A stretch of DNA of 64,000 nucleotides from Chloroflexota bacterium (GTDB lineage: Bacteria; Chloroflexota; UBA11872; VXOZ01). The notes under the pieces are model-generated. The model ran no database searches. It worked only from the letters and a program-made list of their open reading frames with translations, and was not told the DNA's origin. Below are positions 37,196 through 46,559 of this stretch, in pieces. The position numbers were made by a program, and so were the translations under genes. The stretch spans positions 300,992 through 364,991 of the forward strand of contig OZ244814.1 of NCBI GenBank assembly GCA_965220175.1, read 5' to 3'. How positions within the stretch are numbered: the stretch's first letter is position 1; each line of letters begins with the position of its first letter.

Positions 37196-38938
37196 CTAGC
37201 AATCGCTCATGATCGGCTGAGCGCTCTGCGCAACGCGCGCGATGGCGTCCAACTTCTCGCCTATTTCGGGATCGATTTCGTCCTGCGGCACAAATTCGGC
37301 CAACTCGTAGAAGGCTTTCTTGCGCATGAGGTTGGGCAAACTGAGGTGCCGAAAGTAGGCTTCGAACACCGGCCTAAGGAAGTCGTCGCTCGCCTTAATG
37401 TCAGAGTCCCACGGCGAGCCCAAGCCTAGAGTGCGCAACGCTTCTGCGATATTGGCAACGGCTGCGCGCATTGCCTCAAGCCGTCGCGGGACTTCAGCGC
37501 GCGCAAACAAGGGGCCAGGCGCGTCAGACTCCGCCGTACTTTGTGCGTAGGCCTCCAGTGTCGCTTGGGAACAAAGGTAGTTTTCAATCTCGCGCCGCTG
37601 CCAGGTTAGCCGCTCAACCTGACCGGTCTCGGGCGTACCGGAGTCTGGGCGGTCGAAGAGCGCGACGCCTTTTAGATGCGGCAGCGCCTCCCTGAGTCCG
37701 TGAAAGTGATGCGGTACTGCTGAAGCGTTGTTGCCAACGTAGTGCACGTAGGGACGTTCCAGGGCACGACCCGCCTCTGCGTGTCCAAGGCGTCGCGCGA
37801 ATGCCTGTAAGATCGAGAGGTCTGTGGATCCCTCCAAGTAGAGCACCCAGCCCGTCTGCTTCGCCTGATAGTAGTGTTCGAAGCCAATGTCCTTTGGGGA
37901 CTTCAAGAGTTGACTACCCTGGTCGTCGATGCGGTGGGGCTCTCCAATGAACGCGATCACCATATCCTTGCCGGCAGCCTCGTCGAGCAGCACTTCAGAG
38001 TGGCTGGCTGCGATGATCTGGCTACCGCTGGCGGTAGCGGCGTCAGTGATGAGGCGATAGATTTGGCGCTGCCTCAAGATTTCAAGGTGTGCGTCCGGCT
38101 CATCCAGCATGAGCACTGCACCTGGATTGGCATACATATAGGCCAAAATGAGCAGAGTCTGCTGGAGACCCCGTCCGCTGGATGATAGGTCTAGCGTGAC
38201 ATCATGTTCACGATAGCTCATGGCAATCTCACCACGCTCCGTGATGTACCGGGGCGGCTCAATGTGCACACCAAACAAGCTGCGAATCTGAGCAGTTAGC
38301 TCCTGCCAAGCCTCAGAGTGTTCCTCGTAGATACCGTAGCAGAGATTTCGCAATACCTCCGCCGTACGTCCCTCGCCTACACGTACAGTCACCGCCCCAG
38401 GGTCTAGCCGTGTTTCTGTAGCAGCAAGACCGGACATTGGTGGCAAGAACGCAACCTGCACACTGCCAGCCGCTTCTGGTACCGGCATTCTTTCGGCCGT
38501 GCTGGTATTGGTTTCTCGCAATGGGCGGCAATAGAATGATTCCTCGTTGGCGTAGTCAAACTCCAGCCCACAGGTCCACGGTTGATCGTCAGTGACGCCC
38601 TCCACGATGACATCGATCCGCACGTTCTGGGTTTGCTGCTTGCCGTTCTCTATGCGCACGTCTCGCGAATGTAGTCCGTGCCACAAGAGACGTGCACTCG
38701 GCACCGGAATGGCAACAAGGTCTCGTCGATTGACAGTTACACCAGGTCGCTTTTCTGGCGCGCCCTTGCCCCGACGCTTCTCATTCCATCGTTTCAGCCC
38801 AACGTCCCAAAGCGCCAGCGCCTGCATGGCTGAGGTCTTGCCCGAGTTGTTGGGGCCGATGAACGCCACCGGGCTGCCAAGCTCGATCTCCACCTCGTCA
38901 AAGCGCTTGAAGTTGCGGATGGTGAGTTTAGTCAGCAT
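37196..38938 (-). CDS. OLD-family / PARIS-like ABC-ATPase fused to a C-terminal TOPRIM-like (DUF4435-like) nuclease domain
   Basis: Walker A FIGPNNSGKTS at the N-terminus. Walker B VLMLDEPDAHLE about 300 aa downstream (split ABC ATPase as in OLD/AriA/GajA). C-terminal WVLYLEGSTD ... ALFDRPDSG resembles the TOPRIM glutamate and DxD motifs. Start taken at MLTKLTIRNF; the ORF extends to 39016. Confidence 0.6.
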   Translation of the reverse strand: MLTKLTIRNFKRFDEVEIELGSPVAFIGPNNSGKTSAMQALALWDVGLKRWNEKRRGKGAPEKRPGVTVNRRDLVAIPVPSARLLWHGLHSRDVRIENGKQQTQNVRIDVIVEGVTDDQPWTCGLEFDYANEESFYCRPLRETNTSTAERMPVPEAAGSVQVAFLPPMSGLAATETRLDPGAVTVRVGEGRTAEVLRNLCYGIYEEHSEAWQELTAQIRSLFGVHIEPPRYITERGEIAMSYREHDVTLDLSSSGRGLQQTLLILAYMYANPGAVLMLDEPDAHLEILRQRQIYRLITDAATASGSQIIAASHSEVLLDEAAGKDMVIAFIGEPHRIDDQGSQLLKSPKDIGFEHYYQAKQTGWVLYLEGSTDLSILQAFARRLGHAEAGRALERPYVHYVGNNASAVPHHFHGLREALPHLKGVALFDRPDSGTPETGQVERLTWQRREIENYLCSQATLEAYAQSTAESDAPGPLFARAEVPRRLEAMRAAVANIAEALRTLGLGSPWDSDIKASDDFLRPVFEAYFRHLSLPNLMRKKAFYELAEFVPQDEIDPEIGEKLDAIARVAQSAQPIMSDC

Positions 38939-39067
38939 TGGTAACCATCGTGTTCTTTCATTCAGCCTCGCAATTCTGCACTTCGCGGAAGATCGGCTTT
39001 CGCAGCAGTGTACCACTCGGCGCAGGGCGACCGAATGGCGTAGCGACCGCCAAATGCCAAGTCATCG

Positions 39068-39379
39068 TCAAGTCTCATAGATGGGCGTTCTCGTGGCCTC
39101 GACTGCTTCCATGAAGTATGGGTTCCTGATGGCCGACTCGACTACCAAGTCCACCGGCTTGTTGAAAAGCCGTTGCAGAGCTTCCAGCAAACCAAAGTAC
39201 GTGTTGGCGTAGACGCCGGGTGGCAGCGGTTCGAACTCCACCACAAAGTCGAGGTCGCCTGCCGCCGCCAAGTCCCGGCCGATCGCGGCTGAACCAAACA
39301 GGGCAAGCCGCCGGACACGGTAGCGGCGGCAGAGCCGTTCCACATCGGCAGCCTGTTTGCTAATGACCGGGTGAGGCAC
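39068..39379 (-). CDS. minimal nucleotidyltransferase (MNT, Pol-beta superfamily) domain protein
   Basis: RLALFGSAAIGRDLAAAGDLDFVVEF is the GSxxxG...DxD nucleotidyltransferase signature. Probable GTG start at 39379 preceded by GGGAGGG. The longer ORF to 39595 overlaps the purH fragment and is judged an artefact. Confidence 0.6.
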   Translation of the reverse strand: MPHPVISKQAADVERLCRRYRVRRLALFGSAAIGRDLAAAGDLDFVVEFEPLPPGVYANTYFGLLEALQRLFNKPVDLVVESAIRNPYFMEAVEATRTPIYET

Positions 39380-39461
39380 GTCGCCCTCCCGCCTGTCTAG
39401 GCAAGAAAATAACTTTAGTTGCTCCTGCTCACCGTCATCTTGGTCAGGTGCACGGCAGGTG

Positions 39462-40034
39462 TCACGTGACCTTCTTGAAATACCCCGCAATATGCGTGTC
39501 GTAGTCGGCGGTGTGTTGAAAGGCCTTGGCGGCGAGGCGGGTGCGCAGGGCGGAGTCAACCTGCCCGCCGGTGAGCGCGCTGAGCACCGGAGCATAGTCG
39601 GCCGGGTCTACCACCACGAGCACGGAATCCGCGTTCTTGGCGGCGGCGCGAATGAGCGTCGGGCCGCCGATGTCGATGTTTTCCACGATCTCGTCGTGCC
39701 CGGCTCCGCTGCGCAGAGTTTCGACGAAGGGATAGAGATTCGAGGCAACTATCTGCACCGGCGCGATGGCGTGGTCCCGCAACGTTTGCATGTGTACCGG
39801 GTCGTCCTGCCGCGCCAGGATGCCGGCATGCACCACCGGGTGAAGCGTCTTTACGCGGCCGTCCAGGATTTCGGGAAAGCCGGTCACGTCGCTGATGCCG
39901 GTGACGGAAACTCCCGCCGCTACCAGCGCTCCCTGCGTGCCGCCGGTGGAGACGATCTCCCAGCCGAGCTTGGCCAGGCCCTGACCGAATTCTACGATGC
40001 CGGATTTATCGAATACGCTAAATATGGCGCGCAT
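39462..40034 (-). pseudogene. purH: purH 5' fragment (IMP cyclohydrolase / MGS-like N-terminal domain only, 190 aa); the AICAR transformylase part is absent
   Basis: Translation aligns residue-for-residue with the first ~200 aa of PurH (VSDKSGIVEF, GRVKTLHP, NLYPF, DIGGPTLIRAAAKN, HTADYDTHIAGYF) and then stops. The position where the C-terminal ~320 aa should be encoded is occupied by the MNT and ATPase-TOPRIM genes. Confidence 0.5.
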
Positions 40035-40527
40035 GCGTTTCAGTTCCTCTTTGCGTACCTGAGTAAGTTGATTGCCGCCCCGTACTTGCTTCGGGGCAAA
40101 CCCTTTACGGGAAGGAGAATAGCAAAACCGGCGGTTGGTCCCGTCAGACTACCCCTGTAGCTGTGATTATACACGTGTGCGTGCGGTTACTCTGATGCAC
40201 GCATCCCACGCGCTAGGCCGACCGAAACGGGATTGGTTCGCACAGTAAAAGCATGTCCTTTTGCTACCAGTCCCCAAGCAACGCCCGGACTCGACGACGT
40301 ATGTCGCACACAGTAAGATAGGCGAGGACTGCCGCGCCTCCCGGTGTGCAGCGGAGATTGTCCAAGTTTGGTCATGTCCCAGCGCTCAGTCTCCAGCTCG
40401 CAATGCTTGAGACAGTGCTCTACGGCACCCGCAAACGCGACTGACGAATGGTTGCCTCTCGCTTGGCGCTCTTCGCGCTTGCACGAGAATTCCCATTGCA
40501 AAGACAACCCCCATCGAGGAATTAACC

Positions 40528-41493
40528 ATGGCACAAGAACGTCTCAAATTCGTCGTTCCCGGCGATTTTCCGCCGCAGATTCAGGGCTCCCCACATCTGA
40601 AGCGCCTTGAGCCCTACGGCGAGGTTGACCTCTATCTTGACCGGCCGCAGAGCATGGCAGAGCAAATGAAGCGCGTGGAGGGCGCCCACGTGATTCTCAA
40701 CACGCGCGGGGCGATCAAGTGGTTTGCGCCAGAGCTCCGGGCATTGCCGGACCTACGTCTCATTGCCACCTGTTCCATTGGCGTCGACTCGATTGACGTC
40801 GAGGCGGCCCGTGCGTGCGGCGTCGCCGTGGCCAACCAGCCGGGGCGCACGGCGCCCGTCGTTGCCGAGCACATCATCAGCCTCATGTTCGCCGCCGCCA
40901 AGCGGGTGGCATTTCAAACAAGCGAACTCAAGGCCGGACGCTGGACGCTCAAACAGAACGTCATGCTCAGCGGCAAGACACTTGGCGTCGTCGGCACGGG
41001 CAACGTGGGCCGCGAGGTGGCGCGGGTTGCCAACCTGCTCGGCATGCGCTGCCTGGCGTGGACGTTCAACCCCTCGCCGGAACGAGCGCGTGAACTCGGG
41101 GTGGAATTCGTCGAGTTAGACGATCTGCTAAAGGAATCGGACGTGGTGAGCTTACACGTGCGGCTCAGTGACGAGAGTCACCACCTCATCGGCGCGCGCG
41201 AAATCGGCTTGATGAAGCCGGGCGCGCTCCTTATCAACGCCGGTAGAGGTGACCTGGTGGATACCGCCGCTCTCGTTGCCGCACTACAGTCCGAGCACCT
41301 GGCTGGCGCCGGTCTCGACGTGTTTGATCAGGAGCCGCTGCCGCCGGATCATCCCATCCTTGCGTGCGAGCAGGTCGTGTTGACGCCGCACCTGGCAGAC
41401 CAGACCCCGGAAGGCATCGAGCTGCTGAACGAGGGCGCGGTCTCGAATACTATCGGCTTCATCGAGGGTCGCCCACAGAACATCGTTACATAG
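40528..41493 (+). CDS. D-isomer-specific 2-hydroxyacid dehydrogenase (phosphoglycerate dehydrogenase-like)
   Basis: GKTLGVVGTGNVGREVAR NAD-binding motif and catalytic R/E/H layout of the D-2-hydroxyacid dehydrogenase family. Confidence 0.8.
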   Translation: MAQERLKFVVPGDFPPQIQGSPHLKRLEPYGEVDLYLDRPQSMAEQMKRVEGAHVILNTRGAIKWFAPELRALPDLRLIATCSIGVDSIDVEAARACGVAVANQPGRTAPVVAEHIISLMFAAAKRVAFQTSELKAGRWTLKQNVMLSGKTLGVVGTGNVGREVARVANLLGMRCLAWTFNPSPERARELGVEFVELDDLLKESDVVSLHVRLSDESHHLIGAREIGLMKPGALLINAGRGDLVDTAALVAALQSEHLAGAGLDVFDQEPLPPDHPILACEQVVLTPHLADQTPEGIELLNEGAVSNTIGFIEGRPQNIVT

Positions 41494-41586
41494 CGTCCTA
41501 CGGCCCTCTCCAACCAATGTTCCCGTACGAGAGTTCGTCACTCTCGCACGCCGTATTGTCATTACTGTAGGTGGCAGGCCACTTGA

Positions 41587-41781
41587 CCGTCGCTCCGGCG
41601 AAAGCCGGAGTCCAGGGGTGGGGCGGGTGGAGTGTCCGGTAGACGCGAGATGAGGTGGGCACTCCTTGCAAAGCGGTGGATGGATTCCGCGCCCCCGCGC
41701 GGGGGCGAGCTCTCGCGGGAATAACGGGCGAAATCAGCCCCCTCACCTGGGCCTCTGGATTCCGGCTTCCGCCGGAGTATC
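41587..41781. repeat. Family A composite repeat (module 1, module 2, inverted module 1) immediately adjacent to the IS110 element
   Basis: CCGTCGCTCCGGCGAAAGCCGGAGTCCAGGGG ... GATGGATTCCGCGCCCCCGCGCGGGGGCGAGCTCTCGCGGGAATAACGG ... GGATTCCGGCTTCCGCCGGAGTATC. Confidence 0.8.
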
Positions 41782-41794
41782 TGTGTTAGAAGTC

Positions 41795-43105
41795 AAGTTA
41801 ATTTAGGGACCTGCAGCAAGGTAGTCCTGCCACGGTGTGCCGCGCCGGACGATGGCGTTGAGTTGCAGGAGCATTTTGCGCATTACCGCCACCAGGGCGA
41901 CTTTGCCCGGCTTACCCCGCTGGCGCAGACCTTGGTAGAAGCGCTGCAGGCTGTTGTCCTGGCGGATAGCAGACAAGGCGGCGAGGTAGAGAGCGCGGCG
42001 CACGACGCCCCGGCCGCCGCGGATGGCGCGATAGCCGCGCTGCTGTCCGCTGTCCCGTGACCACGGTGCGAGACCTGCCAGCGCGGTCAAGGCCTTACCG
42101 GAGAGCTGACCGAGTTCGGGGAGGAAGGCGGTGAGGATGGCGGCGGTCAAGTCGCCGACGCCGCGCATGCTGCCGAGCAGTTGGGCGCGCTGGCGCAGGT
42201 GCTGGCTGCGCTGCAGGGTCGCTTGATACTGCTGGTCCAGCCGTTCTATCTCCTTATCCAGCCAGCGGATGTGGCGTGTGACGGAGCATTGGCTAACGGA
42301 GGAGAGGCCTTTGTCCAGACGGTTCTGTTCCTGCACACGTTGCTTGACGAGTTGCTGGCGGCGCTGCAGCACATCTTGGAGCTGTTCACGTTCCGGGGAG
42401 GGCGCCGGAAGGTCCTCCAGCGCCATCACAGCGCCGTACCGGGCGAGCACCTGCGCATCCAGGCGATCGGTCTTCGCTTCCTTGCCACAGGCGCGGGCAA
42501 AGGCCCGCACCTTGTTGGGATGCGCCACCTCCACTGAGGGCAGCGCCGTGTGCAGACGCTTTACCACTTGGCGCTCATACCCGCCGGTCGGCTCACACAC
42601 TGCCACCGTGACGCCTGCAGCTTGCAGCCAACGCACCAGGGCGGTGATACCCACCGTGGTGTTCGCGAAACGCCGCACGGGGCCGCCCGCTACCGACACA
42701 TCGAGTTGCGCTTTCCCAACATCGATCCCTGCCACAACTTTCATCCCGCTCTCCTTCCTGGCATACTGGTGGTGTCCTCCACACTTGCAGATGCGGGCCA
42801 TTGGTCTGCCCAGGTATCTGTTCGGAGCGACATTCTGGCGCGAGGGGTGTCGTACTCCGGCGCGATGCAGCCAGGCCACTGCCTCGGCTCACCTAATGAC
42901 GGACGACGCGCCCCTCGCGTTGCCACTCAACTTCGCTCATTTGCCCGCCTTTTTCAACATACAAATGACGGAAAGAGGAGCGCGCGAGGCCTTGCAAGTG
43001 CGAATCGACAGCAGATTCTGCCAACGAATTACTCAACACTTGCACCAATGACCAAAACGTCAACTCTCCCTGTTGGAAGGCGATTCCATCAACGCATTGC
43101 ACAAC
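41795..43105 (-). mobile_element. IS110-family insertion sequence (~1.3 kb, approximate boundaries) flanked by family A repeat modules
   Basis: DEDD-type transposase gene inside. No clear terminal IRs, as expected for IS110. A family A half-module (TTCCCGCTTTCACGGGAATC) lies at 43113..43132 on the far side. Confidence 0.5.
41803..42744 (-). CDS. IS110-family transposase
   Basis: MKVVAGIDVGKAQLDVSV start with GGAAGGAGAG RBS. C-terminal region typical of IS110/IS1111 transposases. Confidence 0.85.
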   Translation of the reverse strand: MKVVAGIDVGKAQLDVSVAGGPVRRFANTTVGITALVRWLQAAGVTVAVCEPTGGYERQVVKRLHTALPSVEVAHPNKVRAFARACGKEAKTDRLDAQVLARYGAVMALEDLPAPSPEREQLQDVLQRRQQLVKQRVQEQNRLDKGLSSVSQCSVTRHIRWLDKEIERLDQQYQATLQRSQHLRQRAQLLGSMRGVGDLTAAILTAFLPELGQLSGKALTALAGLAPWSRDSGQQRGYRAIRGGRGVVRRALYLAALSAIRQDNSLQRFYQGLRQRGKPGKVALVAVMRKMLLQLNAIVRRGTPWQDYLAAGP

Positions 43106-43154
43106 ACTTCCCATTCCCGCTTTCACGGGAATCAACCCTTAAGGAAGCCGTCCG

Positions 43155-43958
43155 ATGGATAGACGACTCGAAACGAACCGTATCAACTGGAACGAAAGAA
43201 CCGCCGGTCACGCCGCTTCCGATTTTTATGACGTGGCCGGCTTCAAAGCCGGCAATATTGCGCTCAAAGACATCGAGCGCGAAGAGGTCGGCGACGTTGC
43301 CGGCAAGCGCTTGCTTCACCTGCAATGCCATTTCGGCTTGGACACCATGTCGTGGGCACGGCTGGGCGCGCAGGCGACCGGCGTGGACTTCTCTGAGGAC
43401 GCGATTGAACTCGCACACGCGTTGAATGCTGAAGTCGGCACCGGCGCTCGCTTCATTTGTTCTGACGTGTACAATCTACCGGACGTGCTCACAGAGGAGT
43501 TCGACATTGTATTCACGTCGTATGGCGTCCTGTGCTGGTTGCCGGACCTCGACCGCTGGGCAGAAGTGATTTGGCGCTTTCTCAAACCGGGGGGCACATT
43601 TTACATTGCGGAGTTCCACCCGGTCCTGCAAACGCTCGAATCTACCGCAAGTGGTGAGGCTCGGCCCTTTTACAGCTACTTCCGCGAAGAGCTATTCTTC
43701 GCGGGCGATGAGCCATCCTACGCCGGGGAAGGGACGATCAAGAGTCCTCAATATGAGTGGCAGCACAGTCTGGGAGAGATCGTCACGGCCTTAGTTGAGG
43801 CCGGACTTGAAATCGAGTTTCTCCATGAATTCGCCTACTGCTGCTATCAGGCGCTGCCCACCATGGTGCAAGGTGAAGATGGCTGGTGGCGGTTCCCGGA
43901 GAAGAACGACTCAGTCCCGCAGATGTTCTCCATCCGGGCAACCAAACCTGGCACCTAG
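43155..43958 (+). CDS. class I SAM-dependent methyltransferase
   Basis: Methyltransferase fold with motif I region (LLHLQCHFGLD) and motif II/III spacing. 267 aa. Confidence 0.65.
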   Translation: MDRRLETNRINWNERTAGHAASDFYDVAGFKAGNIALKDIEREEVGDVAGKRLLHLQCHFGLDTMSWARLGAQATGVDFSEDAIELAHALNAEVGTGARFICSDVYNLPDVLTEEFDIVFTSYGVLCWLPDLDRWAEVIWRFLKPGGTFYIAEFHPVLQTLESTASGEARPFYSYFREELFFAGDEPSYAGEGTIKSPQYEWQHSLGEIVTALVEAGLEIEFLHEFAYCCYQALPTMVQGEDGWWRFPEKNDSVPQMFSIRATKPGT

Positions 43959-44200
43959 CAAGTGGCTGACAGTGGACTCGACCGCCCACGGCGAAGACAA
44001 TGCGAAACCTGTCAATCGTGGCGGCGTAGTTCGGATGCACCCGAAGCCTGCTCACCCCAGTCGATATACTTGGGGAAAAGGAAGGCTCTGTAGTGTAAGC
44101 GCGGGTTTCGCTGGGTCACACCATGGGCCAAGGAGGCTGGCAGGCAAGAGTGGCGGAAGGGTCACGCAGGAAGAGAAGAGAACCCGGCGCAGGACAGCGG

Positions 44201-45382
44201 CTAGCGGTTGCGCCGCCGGCGGCGCAGAAACGCCGGCAGGTCCAGGTCATCCACTTCCGCTTCCGCGTCTTCCCGTTGCGGCTCGCTCGCCGCTCCCTCG
44301 TCCGGTGACGAACGCTGCCTGCTGCCGCGCTGCTGTTGCTCGCCGGGGAGGCCGGTGGCAATCAGCGTGACTTGCACCTCTTCCTGAATCGCCGGATCGA
44401 TCGATGCGCCAAAAATGATGTTTGCTTCGCGGTCTACCGTCGTGCTGACGATCTCAGCGGCGGCGCTGATTTCTTGAATGCTCATGTCGGGGCCGCCGCG
44501 GAAGTTCAGCAGGACGCCGCGGGCGCCTTTCACCGGCTTGTCCGAGAGCGGGTCTTTCATCGCTTCTTCCACCGCACTTACCATGCGGTTTTCGCCGGAG
44601 CCGATACCAACTCCCATCATGGCGGTGCCCGCATTCTGCATCACCGAGCGCACGTCGGCGAAATCAACGTTGATGATACCCGTCGTGGTCACGAGTTCAG
44701 TAATGGACCTCACCCCATTCACGAGCATCTCGTCCGCCAGGGCGAAGGCCTCGGTCATCGGCGCCGATGCCGGCACCGCGGCGAGCAGGCGGTCGTTGTG
44801 AATGACGATGAGCGTATCCACGTGTTGTTGTAGTGCCTGCAGTCCGGCGACGGCGTTGCGCTGCCTGGGACGACCCTCGAACATGAAGGGGAGCGTAACC
44901 ACGCCCACCGTAAGGGCGCCGTGGCGCTTAGCGAGTTCAGCCACGAGGGGCGCCGCGCCCGTGCCGGTGCCGCCTCCCATGCCAGCCGTGACGAATACCA
45001 TGTCGCCGTCATTGACGAGTTGCTCGATGTCCTGAATGCTCTCCTCTGCCGCCCGCTGACCGAGTTCCGGCTGTCCGCCGGTGCCGCGGAGCCGGGTAAC
45101 GCGGTCTCCAATCGCAAGTTTCTCCTCTGCGCGTGAGACCTGAAGCGCCTGCGCATCGGTGTTGATGACCGCATAGGAAGCGCCGACCACACCGGCGTCG
45201 ATCATGCGGTTTACCGCATTGCTACCGCAGCCGCCGACCCCGACGATGCGAATCTGAATGCTCCCGCGGGCCTCACGGGCCTGCGAGCCGGGCGTGACGA
45301 TATCGGGAACCACCGGGCGGGGACGTGTGGAATCCTTGACGTTTTCTAACCGTTCGGGATCAAAGCCGGGCCGCTTCGACAC
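44201..45382 (-). CDS. ftsZ: cell division protein FtsZ
   Basis: Tubulin signature [14 protein letters not shown], plus NTDAQAL and [18 protein letters not shown]-binding blocks. Confidence 0.9.
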   Translation of the reverse strand: MSKRPGFDPERLENVKDSTRPRPVVPDIVTPGSQAREARGSIQIRIVGVGGCGSNAVNRMIDAGVVGASYAVINTDAQALQVSRAEEKLAIGDRVTRLRGTGGQPELGQRAAEESIQDIEQLVNDGDMVFVTAGMGGGTGTGAAPLVAELAKRHGALTVGVVTLPFMFEGRPRQRNAVAGLQALQQHVDTLIVIHNDRLLAAVPASAPMTEAFALADEMLVNGVRSITELVTTTGIINVDFADVRSVMQNAGTAMMGVGIGSGENRMVSAVEEAMKDPLSDKPVKGARGVLLNFRGGPDMSIQEISAAAEIVSTTVDREANIIFGASIDPAIQEEVQVTLIATGLPGEQQQRGSRQRSSPDEGAASEPQREDAEAEVDDLDLPAFLRRRRRNR

Positions 45383-46136
45383 GGTCTAACACCTCTCTGG
45401 CTAGCAACTGATACGCATCTCTTGCTTTCTTTGCGCCAACATACGCGTTCACTGGGACACCCGCCGACGCGGCTTCCAGGATCTTGCTGTTCGTCCCGAT
45501 TTCCGTGGCAAAGACCCGGTCGCCCCAGCGCTCGTGCAGATATTGCCAAACCGCCTTCTCTTCCCGCAAGCGCCGGTCGTACTTGCTAAGCAGAACGCCG
45601 AGAATCTCGATTTTCGGGTTGAGCGACGCCGCCTCCGCAATGGTCTCCTGCAGCATGTACAAGCCCTGCAGGGAGAAGAACCGCGCTTCCGTGGGAATGA
45701 TGACACAGTCGGCCGCTACCAAGGCATTCACCGTGAGCAGACCGAGTGACGGAGGCGTGTCAATTAGGATGAAATCATAGTTGTCCCGAAACCGTTCCAG
45801 GCGTTCCCGCAACCGCAACTCACGACCTATGACGGCAGCCAGTTGAAACTCGACACTGGCAAGCTCCAACGACGCGGGAACGATGTCAATTGCCGTGCCG
45901 GTGTCATCTTCGATACGATAGATGGGCAACTCGCCGTTGCGGTCGCGCAACGCGTTAGCTACCGAGGTCTCTAGCTCTCGCTCCAAGCCAAAGTGTGCGG
46001 TCAGGTTGGCCTGTGCATCCATGTCTACCACCAGAATGCGCTTACCCATTCGCGAAAGCGTTGCACCCAAATTGGCAGTTGTCGTTGTCTTGCCAACACC
46101 ACCCTTCTGGTTGGCACAGGCAATTATGAGAGCCAT
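45360..46136 (-). CDS. ParA/Soj-family P-loop ATPase
   Basis: Deviant Walker A KGGVGKTTTTANLGA. Overlaps the ftsZ start by about 23 nt. Start taken at MALIIACANQKGG. Confidence 0.8.
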   Translation of the reverse strand: MALIIACANQKGGVGKTTTTANLGATLSRMGKRILVVDMDAQANLTAHFGLERELETSVANALRDRNGELPIYRIEDDTGTAIDIVPASLELASVEFQLAAVIGRELRLRERLERFRDNYDFILIDTPPSLGLLTVNALVAADCVIIPTEARFFSLQGLYMLQETIAEAASLNPKIEILGVLLSKYDRRLREEKAVWQYLHERWGDRVFATEIGTNSKILEAASAGVPVNAYVGAKKARDAYQLLAREVLDRVEAARL

Positions 46137-46559
46137 ACCTCTTGCTCTGCAGCCTCCCGCGACCAAGCATCCCGCTGTATCCACGTAGTGTATCATAAGG
46201 CCAATACGCTCACAAATAACCGCTTGATGGTTCTTTTTAGTTGTATGCAAACTGCCCTACTACCGGGCACCGCGCGGCTCCTGTCGGGACCAGAATCTTG
46301 CCCAATCACGCTGTGGGGAGATCCAAGCAGGGCCGCCGCCTTGAGGGGCAATGCATGCGTCTTGCCGACCCGGCGGTCCGTTTCCCGGTGGTTTCCGGAT
46401 ACGGGTAGGGTGACACTGGTCTTTCGCCCGCCGGTACGGGCGGTGCGCCAGTTTTCCGTGCCGCTATTCAAGGATTTCGAACTTCACTCTTCGGCTCGCT
46501 GAGCGCGTGAGAAAGACGCTATGCCCCGGAGTTCAAGTTTATGACCAGATTTCAAATCT

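Noticed and set aside
39068-39595. The full 175-aa version of the MNT ORF starting at the ATG at 39595.
   Set aside because: The N-terminal 72 residues are Pro/Arg/Thr-rich filler that overlaps the purH fragment end. An in-frame GTG with a strong GGGAGGG RBS directly precedes the nucleotidyltransferase domain, so the shorter gene 39068..39379 is preferred.
40187-40534. 115-aa minus-strand ORF in the purH to hydroxyacid-dehydrogenase intergenic region.
   Set aside because: No RBS or motif support. It overlaps the likely purH leader/promoter and the start of the 40528 gene.
42269-43425. Plus-strand ORFs 42269..43051 (260 aa) and 42550..43425 (291 aa).
   Set aside because: They are antisense to, or overlap, the IS110 transposase and its upstream region. 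No motifs are present, and the second runs into the methyltransferase gene start in a different frame.
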